Below, piece after piece: positions 21,878 to 30,635 of a stretch of DNA of 64,000 nucleotides (positions are counted from its first letter, which is position 1; every line of letters begins with the position of its first letter). This stretch comes from Anaeromyxobacter sp. Lineage in GTDB: Bacteria; Myxococcota; Myxococcia; Myxococcales; Anaeromyxobacteraceae. Under the pieces are notes generated by a model that was given only the letters and a program-made list of their open reading frames with translations, did not search any database and was not told the DNA's origin. Position numbers and translations under genes: made by a program. The stretch covers positions 160,001 to 224,000 of the forward strand of contig JASGJN010000020.1 of assembly GCA_049840735.1 (NCBI GenBank). Direction: 5' to 3'.

Positions 21878-22285
21878 ATGCTCAAGGTCGGCGGTGAGGT
21901 CGATGCGTTCTGCACCCGGTGCGAGCTCAAGCTCGCGCACACCATCCACGCGATGGTCTCCGGGCGCCCGGTCAAGGTGGAGTGCAACACCTGCCACTCG
22001 GTCCACCGGTTCCGCGACCCGCTGCCCCGGTCGGCCGGGTCCAAGGCGGCCGGACCCCGGGCGGAGCGGCCGGCCCGCGAGAAGGCCTCGGTGACCGCCT
22101 TCGAGGACCTGCTGGCGACTCGCACGCGGCCGGCCCAGCCCTACTCGCCCAAGGCCAGGTTCGCCGTGGACGACGTCGTCGATCACCCGGTCTTCGGCCG
22201 CGGCTTCGTGTCCGCGGTCAAGGACGCCGGCAAGGTGGAGATCACCTTCCGGTCGGACGTGAAGATCCTGGTCCACGGCCGCTGA
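21878..22285 (+). CDS. hypothetical protein: zinc ribbon + Tudor-like C-terminal domain
   Basis: CTRC...CNTC; FAVDDVVDHPVFGRGFVSAVKDAGKVEITF; TATACT at 21863-21868. Confidence 0.75.
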   Translation: MLKVGGEVDAFCTRCELKLAHTIHAMVSGRPVKVECNTCHSVHRFRDPLPRSAGSKAAGPRAERPAREKASVTAFEDLLATRTRPAQPYSPKARFAVDDVVDHPVFGRGFVSAVKDAGKVEITFRSDVKILVHGR

Positions 22286-22376
22286 ACCGGCCGGCCAGGG
22301 GCTCGCCCTGCGGCCTTGCGCGGCTTCCCTGGCGGGGCGGGTTCCGCTAGGTTGGTCCCCTTCCCGGAGCCCACCC

Positions 22377-23165
22377 ATGCGCCCTCTCTCGGCCGTCGCC
22401 GCCCTCGCCCTGCTCGCCGCCTGCAACCGCACGCCTCCGGCTCCCGCCGCGGGCGAGCCGGCGGCCCCTTCGCCGTCCGGCCCGGCCAGCGGCGCCGCTC
22501 CGGCCGCAGATCAGGGCGCCTACGTGGTCTCCGTCACGGTCCTGCGGCGCGAGGCCAGCGAGGCGCAGAAGGTCCCGGGGCCGAGCGGCAAGGAGGTCGG
22601 GAACTACCTCGCCACGCTCAACCGCGGCGAGAAGGTGAGCCCGCTCGAGCTGCGCGAGGACTGGGCCCGCGTCCGCGCCTCGGACGACAAGGAGGGCTGG
22701 CTCAAGCGGTCGGCGCTGCTCGAGGGCGAGGGCATCAGCGAGGCCACCGTGCTGGTCCAGGCCGACGTCTTCGACCGCCCCGAGATGCTGGCGGCCAACG
22801 CCAAGAAGAAGATCGAGCCCGGCACGCTGGTGCTGGTGATCCGCGCCCGGCCGCCCTTCTCCGAGGTGAACGTGGCGGGCAGCCAGACCGCCTGGGTCCT
22901 CTCCGAGCGGCTCAACACCGGCGAGCGCGAGGTGCAGGTCTCGAAGCTGATCGAGAAGGCCCGCTACCTGGTCCGCGCCAACCGCAAGGAGGAGGCGCTG
23001 TCGCTGCTGGCCCTGGCCCGCGAGCACTTCAACGGCGTGGCGCTGGTGGACGTGCTGGCCACCGAGCTGGGCGAGGTGCCCCCGGCGGTCGATGCCGTGG
23101 CGGTGCCGGCCGTGGGCGAGGCTCCGGCCGCCCCGGCGCCCACCGACGCGCCGCAGGCGCAGTAG
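22377..23165 (+). CDS. SH3-domain lipoprotein
   Basis: Lipobox LLAAC; TLNRGEKV...DWARVRASDDKEGWL; second SH3-like unit and helical C-terminus. Confidence 0.75.
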   Translation: MRPLSAVAALALLAACNRTPPAPAAGEPAAPSPSGPASGAAPAADQGAYVVSVTVLRREASEAQKVPGPSGKEVGNYLATLNRGEKVSPLELREDWARVRASDDKEGWLKRSALLEGEGISEATVLVQADVFDRPEMLAANAKKKIEPGTLVLVIRARPPFSEVNVAGSQTAWVLSERLNTGEREVQVSKLIEKARYLVRANRKEEALSLLALAREHFNGVALVDVLATELGEVPPAVDAVAVPAVGEAPAAPAPTDAPQAQ

Positions 23166-23171
23166 CCGGCG

Positions 23172-23861
23172 TCAGCGCCGCAGCTCGGCCAGCACCGCCG
23201 CCAGATCGGCGGGCAGCCCGGCCTCCAGCGTCAGCGCCCCGCCCGCCGGGTGGGGCAGCTCCAGCCGCGCCGCGTGCAGCGGGGTCCTGGCCAGCGCGGC
23301 GCCTCCGGGCGCAGCCAGCGGACCCGCCTCGCCGTAGTCCGGGTCCACCGCCAGCGGCGTGCCGGCCCAGGCCAGGTGGACGCGGATCTGGTGGGTCCGG
23401 CCGGTCTCCGGCAGCGCCTCCACCAGGGCCAGCGCCCCGCCGGTCCAGGGGCGCTCCGCGAACCGCTCCAGACAGCGCACCCGCGTGGCCGAGGGCTTCC
23501 CGCGGGGATCGCCCGGCTCGACCGCCCGCATCCGCCCCTTGCGCCCCTGGGCGATGGGCGCCTCCAGCCGCTGCTCGTCCGGCGGCGCGCCGCGCACCAG
23601 CGCCAGGTAGCGCTTGCGCGGCTCGCCCCGCTCGAAGGCCAGGTTGAGCGCGCGGTGGGCCTCCGCGGAGCGCGCGAAGACCAGCACCCCGCTCGTGCCG
23701 CGATCCAGCCGGTGCACCACCCAGAGCCGGCCGTGGACCGCCTCCAGCTCCTCGCGCAGGCTGGGCTCGCCGGCCACGCGCCCCGGGATGACCAGCCGCC
23801 CGGGCGGCTTGTCCACGGCCAGCAGGTGCGCGTCGAGGTGCAGGACCGGCGGAGCGGTCAC
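23172..23861 (-). CDS. RluA family pseudouridine synthase
   Basis: VDKPPG, VHRLDRGTSG, TGRTHQIRVH, LHA; GTG overlaps the upstream stop. Confidence 0.9.
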   Translation of the reverse strand: MTAPPVLHLDAHLLAVDKPPGRLVIPGRVAGEPSLREELEAVHGRLWVVHRLDRGTSGVLVFARSAEAHRALNLAFERGEPRKRYLALVRGAPPDEQRLEAPIAQGRKGRMRAVEPGDPRGKPSATRVRCLERFAERPWTGGALALVEALPETGRTHQIRVHLAWAGTPLAVDPDYGEAGPLAAPGGAALARTPLHAARLELPHPAGGALTLEAGLPADLAAVLAELRR

Positions 23862-25175
23862 GCCAGCTTCCCGGCCGGGAGGACCGTCACCGGGCCGAAG
23901 CGCGCCAGCGGCCTGGCCAGCGCCCTGGCCGGCCCCACCACCACCACCGCTCCGCGCTCCAGCGCCAGGTAGCGCTCCGCCACCGCGCGGCAGCCCTCGG
24001 CGGTCACCGCGCGCACGTGCTCGCGGAAGCCGGTGACCTCGGTGTCCTCGAGGCCGAACAGGCTCAGGTCGGCCAGTCGCTCCGCCACCTGGTCGTGCGT
24101 CTCGAGCGACATGGGGTAGAGGCCGCACAGGTAGCCCTGCATCCGCTCCAGCTCGTCGGCGGTGGGGCCGGCCTCGCGGAAGCGGGCGGTCTCGTCCAGC
24201 GCCACCTGCACCAGCTCGGCGGCGGTCTCGACCTTGGTGAAGGACGAGATGGCGAAGAAGCCGCCCGCCAGGCTGGTGACGAACCGGCTCCGCACGCCGT
24301 AGGAGAGGCCGCGGTTGACGCGGATGGCCTCCATGAGCCGCGAGGTGAAGCCGCCGCCCAGCAGCGCGCTGGCCAGCATGGCCGGGTAGTAGACCGGGCT
24401 CTTGCGCGGGAAGCCCTCCCCCACGATCCGCACCTGGGCCTGCGTGAGAATCCGGCTTGTCCACCAGCAGCACCGAGCGCTCCGGCGGCCGGGGCGCCGG
24501 CAGCGCCGGCAGCGACACCGCGGGCGCCTTCCACCCGGCGAAGCGGCGCCGGACCAGCTTCAGCGACTGCTCCAGCGGCAGCGTCCCCACCACCACCACG
24601 ATGGCGTGGGCCGGGTGGTAGGCGCGCGCGTGCGCCACCACGTCGGCGCGGCGCAGCCGCCCCAGCTCGCGGACACGGCCCTCGGACGGGCGGCCGTAGG
24701 GGTGGCCGGGGAAGGCCGCCGACAGCATGGCGCGGTCGGCGATCACCCCGGGCTCGTCCAGATCGTGCGCCAGCGCGGCCAGCTCGCGCCGCCGCAGCCG
24801 GTCCACCTCGCGGGCCGGGAAGGAGGGGGCCGAGACCAGCTCCGCCAGCACGTCCAGGCAGGTGGGCAGCACCTCCACCGGCGCGGAGACCGCGAACCCG
24901 GAGGCGTCCTCGTCCACGCCCACGCCCAGGTCGGCGCCCAGCGACTCGACCAGCAGGTCGATCTCCGGGCCGGTCCGGGTGCGGGTGCCGCGCCGGGCCG
25001 CCAGGGCGGTCAGGTGGGCCCGGCCGGCGCGGCCGGCGGGATCGAGGGAGGCGCCGCCGCGGATCACCACCCGGGCGGCGGCCAGCGGCACGCCGGGGCG
25101 CTGGGCCACCACCACCTGCAGGCCGCTGGGCAGGGTCTCGCGGTGGATGGGGGGAAGGCGGATGGGCGGGCTCAC
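23858..25175 (-). CDS. M16 peptidase non-catalytic subunit; +1 frameshift at ~24449
   Basis: TLPSGLQV, no HxxEH; LGGGFTSRLMEAIRVNRGLSYG; removing one base restores DKPDLTQAQVRI. Confidence 0.85.
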
Positions 25176-26449
25176 TTGACCACCTCCGGCCGCAGCTCGA
25201 CCACGCACTGCTTCGCGGGATCGAGGTACTGGGCGGCCACCCGCTTCACGTCGCGGGCGGTGACCTTCGCGTACTGCTCGAGGGTCCGCCCCGCCTCGCG
25301 CCAGTCCCCCAGCAGCGCCTCGGCCTGCCCCAGCGCGTGGGCCACGCCGTGGTGCGTCGCCAGCTCGTGCAGCACCGAGCTGCGCAGGAGCGCCCGGGCC
25401 CGCCGCAGCTCCTCGCCGGTCACCCCGCGCTCGGCCACCTTGGCGATCTCCTCGCCCAGCACCGCCTCGGCCCGCGCCACCTTCACGCCCGGCGCCAGCT
25501 CGGCGAAGGCGAAGAAGACCCCCGGGTCGATGCGCCAGCCCCAGCTCAGCGTCACCGACACCGCCAGCTCCAGGTCGAGCACCATCCGCTTGCGCAGCCG
25601 CGAGGCCTCGCCCACCGCCAGGCAGGCCTGCAGCACGTCCAGCGCCGGCGCGTCCGGGCTCCGCGCGTCCGGGCCGCGCCAGCCCATCAGCAGCGCCGGG
25701 GCCTGGGCCGGGTAGCGGACCTGGGCCCGCCGCTCGCCGCGCTGGGGCGGCTCGCCCAGCGCCACCGGGGCGGGGGCCGGGCCGCGCGGGATGTCGCCGT
25801 AGGCCGCCTCGATGGCCCGGTGCACCGCGTCGGCGTCCACGTCGCCCACGCAGTAGATGGCCGCGTTGCTGGGCGCGTAGTAGGTCCGGAAGAAGGCCTC
25901 GCAGTCGTCCCGCGAGATGCGCTCGATGTCGTCCATCCAGCCGATGACCGGCCAGCGGTAGGGGTGGGCCAGGAAGACCAGCGCCTCCAGCTGCTCCTCC
26001 ATCAGGCCGAAGATGGAGTTGTCGGTCCGGAGCCGGCGCTCCTCCTTCACCACCTCGCGCTCCTGGTCCAGCGCCTCCTGCGTCAGCCGCAGCGAGCGCA
26101 TCCGGTCCGACTCGAGGTCCAGGACCGTGTCCAGCGCCTCGACGGCGAAGTCCTCGTAGTAGGCCGTGAGGTCGTTGGAGGTGTAGGCGTTGGAGTGGCC
26201 GCCCTTCGACTCCAGGACGCGGTCGAACTCCTTGGGCCCGTACTTGGCCGCCCCGTTGAACATCATGTGCTCGAAGAGGTGGCTGATGCCGGTCAGCCCC
26301 AGCCGCTCGTTGCGCGAGCCGACCTGGAAGAACGTGTAGTAGCTCACGGTGGGGCTGGCGCGGTCGGGCAGGACACGAACGCGCAGCCCATTCGGGAGCG
26401 TCCGCTCGACCAGGGGGGAGAGGTCGAGGACGTTGGGAACCTGTCGCAT
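25172..26449 (-). CDS. M16 zinc peptidase catalytic subunit
   Basis: GISHLFEHMMF, NAYTS, EREVVKEERR, HPYRWPVIG. Confidence 0.92.
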   Translation of the reverse strand: MRQVPNVLDLSPLVERTLPNGLRVRVLPDRASPTVSYYTFFQVGSRNERLGLTGISHLFEHMMFNGAAKYGPKEFDRVLESKGGHSNAYTSNDLTAYYEDFAVEALDTVLDLESDRMRSLRLTQEALDQEREVVKEERRLRTDNSIFGLMEEQLEALVFLAHPYRWPVIGWMDDIERISRDDCEAFFRTYYAPSNAAIYCVGDVDADAVHRAIEAAYGDIPRGPAPAPVALGEPPQRGERRAQVRYPAQAPALLMGWRGPDARSPDAPALDVLQACLAVGEASRLRKRMVLDLELAVSVTLSWGWRIDPGVFFAFAELAPGVKVARAEAVLGEEIAKVAERGVTGEELRRARALLRSSVLHELATHHGVAHALGQAEALLGDWREAGRTLEQYAKVTARDVKRVAAQYLDPAKQCVVELRPEVVK

Positions 26450-26660
26450 GGGAGGCGGAACATAGCCCCGGGTCGCCAGCCCGTCCATCAGCCGTGGCGG
26501 CCGGCCGAGGGGCTGGCGCAGGCGGTCACTGGCGGTGCGAGGCCCCCATTCCGATATTTCATGTCCAGGGTATCTCTGACGGCAAATCGACGCAGAGTCG
26601 CTGGAGATTAGGTCCAGATCACCCCACCCTTCGCCGCACACCTGCGAGGGACAGCATCGG

Positions 26661-26903
26661 ATGGCAAAGACCAGAACCCAGCGTGACCCGCGCCGCGAGG
26701 AGCTCCGGCGCCTTGGCGAGCGAGTCCGCGAGCACCGCCGGACCCGTGGAATGACCCAGGAAGCGCTGGCGGAAGCGCTCGATCTGTCGGTCGCCTACGT
26801 CAGCCTGATCGAGCGCGGCGGGCGGAACCCGCCTTACACGACGGTCGTGTCGATAGCCCGCGCGCTCGGCATCTCGCCGTCGCGCATCGTCCCGGAGGAG
26901 TAG
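26661..26903 (+). CDS. XRE family HTH transcriptional regulator
   Basis: RGMTQEALAEALDLSVAYVSLIERGGRNP. Confidence 0.9.
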   Translation: MAKTRTQRDPRREELRRLGERVREHRRTRGMTQEALAEALDLSVAYVSLIERGGRNPPYTTVVSIARALGISPSRIVPEE

Positions 26904-26929
26904 CGGCGCTGGTGTGGCCGCCACCCGGC

Positions 26930-27199
26930 TCACAGTGAGTCGAGGGGTCGGCCGCAGTCCGCGCAGCGCCCCTGGCGCCGCCGGAGCGGCAGCCCGCAGC
27001 CCGGGCAGCGCCGGACCGGCCGCTCGTGCCGGGTGGCCGCCGCGCGGCCGTCGCCGGGAGGCGCCTGTCCCGACTCGAGCCGGGCCACGCGGTCCTCCAG
27101 CGCCGCCAGGCGCGCGGCCAGCGCGCGCGGCGCGCGCACGGCCCCCGCCGTCCCCGAGGGGCGCTTCGTCCCGGCTGCACGTCGCTTCGCCGCGGCCAC
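26930..27199 (-). CDS. small hypothetical protein with coiled coil and zinc ribbon
   Basis: LAALEDRVARLES; CPGC...CADC. Confidence 0.55.
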   Translation of the reverse strand: MAAAKRRAAGTKRPSGTAGAVRAPRALAARLAALEDRVARLESGQAPPGDGRAAATRHERPVRRCPGCGLPLRRRQGRCADCGRPLDSL

Positions 27200-27383
27200 G
27201 CCGGGAGCCTGCCACGCGGCCGCCCGGGGTCAACTTCTCAGCGGGGCGTCCCCTCCCCAACGCCGGCGGGCGCGGCCGGGCCGCCGCCCTGCCCGCGGCT
27301 GGCCCGCGGACCATCCGTCCGGGCGGGCGCGCCCCTGCCGCGCGTTGAGGGGGCCCGGCGCCCGTGTTATCCCCATCGACCCG

Positions 27384-29021
27384 ATGGAGAACCTCCGCAC
27401 GCCCTCACCGGCGCCCGCCCCCGCGGCCCCTGGCGAGCCCGCCTACGCGCGCCCGGAGATCCAGGCGCTGCTCACCGAGCCCCGCGCCCCGCACCGCGAG
27501 GTGCCCCGCGGCCGCGAGATCTTCGTCAACCGCAACCTGCGCATGGACCGGGTCGAGGCCGTCGGCTTCGACATGGACTACACGCTGGCCATGTACCACC
27601 TGCAGCGGCTCGAGACGCTCGCCTTCGAGATGACGCTGGCGCGCATGATCGAGTTCATGGGCTACCCGCCCACGCTGGGCGCGCTCACCTACGACCCGGC
27701 CTTCGTGATCCGCGGCCTGGTGGTGGACAAGGCGCACGGCCACCTCTTCAAGCTCGACCGCCACAACCACGTGGGCCGCTGCTACCACGGCCGCCAGCCG
27801 CTGCCGCCGGAGGAGCGGCACCGCCTGTACCGGAACGAGAAGATCCACCTCTCCTCGCCGCGCTTCGCCTGGATCGACACCCTCTTCGCGCTGCCGGAGG
27901 CCTGCCTGTTCGGCCTCATCATCGAGCTGCTGGAGGGCCAGGGGCGGAAGGTGGACTACGGGCAGCTCTTCGCCGACATCCGCGAGGCCATCGACACGGT
28001 CCACCGCGACGGCTCGCTCAAGAGCGAGGTGCGCAAGGACCTGGCGCGCTACATCCAGCGCGACCCGGAGCTGGGGCCGGCGCTGCACAAGCTCCGCTCC
28101 GGCGGCAAGAAGCTCTTCCTGCTCACCAACTCGCTCTGGGACTACACCGACGCGGTCATGAGCTTCCTGCTCGACGGCGTGCTCCCCGAGTACCCGAGTT
28201 GGCGCAACTACTTCGACGCGGTCATCACCGGCGCGGCCAAGCCGGCCTTCTTCTCCGAGAAGCGGGCGCTGCACCAGCTGGGCGCGGCCGGCGAGCGGCT
28301 GGGCGAGGCCCAGGCGCTGGAGCGCGGCAAGACCTACGAGGGCGGCGACCTGCCCACGCTGGAGCGGCTGCTGGGCATTGGCGGCGACCGGGTGCTCTAC
28401 GTCGGCGACCACATCTACGGCGACATCCTCCGCTCCAAGAAGTCCTCGCTCTGGCGCACCTGCATGGTGGTGCCGGAGATCGAGGGCGAGCTGGCCTGGC
28501 TCGACCGGAACACGGGCGCGCTGGAGGAGATGGGGGCGCTGGAGGAGCTGCGGGTGCGGGTGGAGGACGAGGTGGCGGCGCACCGGTCCGGCCTGAACGG
28601 CCTCGACCGCAAGCTCGACCGCGGCGCGGTGGCCGGGGCCGAGCGCGACGGGCTGGAGGCGGAGCGCCGGCGGCTCAAGGGCGAGCTGGAGGGGCTGCGG
28701 GCGGCGCTGCGGGACGCCAACGGCCGCATCGGCGAGCTGGGGCGGCAGCTGGAGGAAGGGCTCAACCCGTACTGGGGGCTCACCTTCAAGGAAGGGAACG
28801 AGAACTCGCGCTTCGGCGAGCAGGTGGAGGTCTACGCCTGCCTCTACACCAGCCGCGCCTCCAACTTCGCCTTCCCCTCGCCCATGCAGTACTTCCGCTC
28901 GCCCCGGGCCGCCATGCCGCACGAGCGTTCGGCGCCGGTCAGGATCTCGCCGTACGGCGACGAGCACGGCGCGCCGGTGGCCGGCAGCCGGCCGTCCAAG
29001 GTGAGCAAGGCCGGGCGGTAG
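27384..29021 (+). CDS. HAD-IG family 5'-nucleotidase
   Basis: IFVNRNL, GFDMDYTLA, LLTNS, YVGDHIYGDI, LYTSR. Confidence 0.92.
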   Translation: MENLRTPSPAPAPAAPGEPAYARPEIQALLTEPRAPHREVPRGREIFVNRNLRMDRVEAVGFDMDYTLAMYHLQRLETLAFEMTLARMIEFMGYPPTLGALTYDPAFVIRGLVVDKAHGHLFKLDRHNHVGRCYHGRQPLPPEERHRLYRNEKIHLSSPRFAWIDTLFALPEACLFGLIIELLEGQGRKVDYGQLFADIREAIDTVHRDGSLKSEVRKDLARYIQRDPELGPALHKLRSGGKKLFLLTNSLWDYTDAVMSFLLDGVLPEYPSWRNYFDAVITGAAKPAFFSEKRALHQLGAAGERLGEAQALERGKTYEGGDLPTLERLLGIGGDRVLYVGDHIYGDILRSKKSSLWRTCMVVPEIEGELAWLDRNTGALEEMGALEELRVRVEDEVAAHRSGLNGLDRKLDRGAVAGAERDGLEAERRRLKGELEGLRAALRDANGRIGELGRQLEEGLNPYWGLTFKEGNENSRFGEQVEVYACLYTSRASNFAFPSPMQYFRSPRAAMPHERSAPVRISPYGDEHGAPVAGSRPSKVSKAGR

Positions 29022-29024
29022 CGC

Positions 29025-29522
29025 TCAGCGGCGCGGCTTCACGTAGACCGCGTTGAGGATGATCGGCTGCTCGCCGTCGATCTCGACGAACGGCATGTCG
29101 TTGCCCTCGTCGATGCCCTCCCCGGCGGCCAGCGAGCGCTCGAAGGCGGGCGCGGGCGAGAGCGCGTCGTCGGCGCGGGAGCTGTTGAGCGAGGCGACCA
29201 GGAGGGTGGGCTGGGCGCCGTGCGGCGTCGCCGTCAGGTCCCAGGCCACGTTCACCTTGAGCGCCGCGGCGGCCCGCGTGGACTTCCATTCGATCCGGTC
29301 GATCTTGCACCAGGGCGCGACGCCGGGGCGGCGCTCAATCACGTAGCGGAGCCGGTAGGACAGGTCGACCGGCACGGCCGCGGTCCGCGGGGTCTTCACC
29401 TTCCAGCCCGACCAGGAGGTCCGGTCCGGAGCCGCCGCGGCGCGCTTGCACTCGGGCTGCTTGAAGGCGGGCTCGGCCGGCGCCGCGAGCGCTGCGGAGA
29501 GGACCAGCGCGGTCAGGATCAT
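29025..29522 (-). CDS. secreted hypothetical protein
   Basis: Signal peptide MILTALVLSAALA; GGAG RBS. Confidence 0.6.
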   Translation of the reverse strand: MILTALVLSAALAAPAEPAFKQPECKRAAAAPDRTSWSGWKVKTPRTAAVPVDLSYRLRYVIERRPGVAPWCKIDRIEWKSTRAAAALKVNVAWDLTATPHGAQPTLLVASLNSSRADDALSPAPAFERSLAAGEGIDEGNDMPFVEIDGEQPIILNAVYVKPRR

Positions 29523-29715
29523 GACAGGGACTCCGGTGCAGGGCGTGGTGGGCCAGCTGCCCGGCAGCTTTCCACGTCGGCCGGGGCCGGTTCAATGTGC
29601 GCTGGGTCCGTGCGCGGCGCCGGCCTGTCCCACGGGGACCGGACGCACCTAAGCCCCGCCGCGACCGCTGGGCCCCTTCCGCGCGCGCCGATTTCCTGGG
29701 ATGACTGGGCGTTCC

Positions 29716-30360
29716 ATGGCACCTGCCGCGCGCTTCCCGTCCGTCCACGCTCCCCTCGAAGACACCCTCGACTCCGCCCGCCGCATCGTCGTGCGCCAGT
29801 CCCGCGACTGGTCCGAACTGATCGGCGTCGAGGCGGCCAACCGCTACGCCCTGCTCACCGAGTCCGGCGCGCTGGCCGGCTGGGCGCTGGAGCAGCCCGG
29901 CAACTGGTTCATCCGCATGTGGCTCAAGGCGCGCCGTCCGTTCGAGATGGACGTGGTGGCCGGCGAGGCCGACCAGCGCCCCGCGCTGCGCCTCTCGCGC
30001 CCCTGGACCTTCTGGTTCGCCCGCCTCGAGGTCCGCGACGGCGGCGGCCGGTCGCTGGGCGCCATCCAGGAGCGCTTCTCGATCCTGCGCCGCCGCTTCG
30101 ACCTCGTCGGCGCCGACGGCCAGCTCCTGGCCCGCCTCATCGGCCCGCTCTGGAAGCCCTGGACCTTCCTGCTCCACCCCGCCGAGGGCGAGCGCGAGGT
30201 GGGCCGCATCGAGAAGCGCTGGTCCGGGCTCACCAGCGAGCTCTTCACCGACGCCGACACCTTCCTCGTCACCCTCCCGCAGTCCTCGCCTGCCCTCCGC
30301 CGCCTCACGCTGGCCGCCGCGGTGGTGATCGACTTCAAGTTCTTCGAGAACGACGAGTAG
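29716..30360 (+). CDS. phospholipid scramblase / Tubby-C-like protein
   Basis: ELIGVEAANRY, RRPFEMDV, VGRIEKRWSGLTSELFTDADTF, IDFKFFE. Confidence 0.8.
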   Translation: MAPAARFPSVHAPLEDTLDSARRIVVRQSRDWSELIGVEAANRYALLTESGALAGWALEQPGNWFIRMWLKARRPFEMDVVAGEADQRPALRLSRPWTFWFARLEVRDGGGRSLGAIQERFSILRRRFDLVGADGQLLARLIGPLWKPWTFLLHPAEGEREVGRIEKRWSGLTSELFTDADTFLVTLPQSSPALRRLTLAAAVVIDFKFFENDE

Positions 30361-30427
30361 CGGGGTGGAAGGACGGACCGGCGCCCGGTCTTGAAAAGGG
30401 CGGATGTGGTCACGGCGCGCGTGACCT

Positions 30428-30460
30428 CCGCTCGCCCTGAGCCTGTCGAAGGGCGAGCGG
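30428..30460. repeat. short form of the REP-like element upstream of selC
   Basis: CCGCTCGCCCT gagcctgtcga AGGGCGAGCGG; 11-bp inverted repeat with the same ccctgagc/gtcgaaggg core. Confidence 0.8.
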
Positions 30461-30486
30461 GATCGAGTCCTGCTACAGTGCCCGAC

Positions 30487-30582
30487 GGCAGGACTTCCCA
30501 GGCTGGTGCCGGGCCCGGTCTTCAAAACCGGTGGATGGTGCTGAGAGGCGCTGTCGGGGGGTTCGATTCCCCTGCCCTGCCG
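30487..30582 (+). tRNA. selC: tRNA-Sec (anticodon TCA)
   Basis: Anticodon arm CCGGT-CTTCAAA-ACCGG, 8-bp acceptor stem (one A.C mismatch), TGGT D-loop, long variable arm with GAGA loop, 5-bp T stem, G discriminator; TGcTACAGT -10 at 30471-30479. Confidence 0.9.
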
Positions 30583-30635
30583 CTTCCCACCCGCCAAGCC
30601 GCGCCGCGGCAGCGCACCCAGCCCTGCCGCCCCCA

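Noticed and set aside
23172..25208. 678-aa M16-RluA fusion
   Set aside because: Produced by the frameshift at ~24449; the two genes are separate with a GTGA overlap
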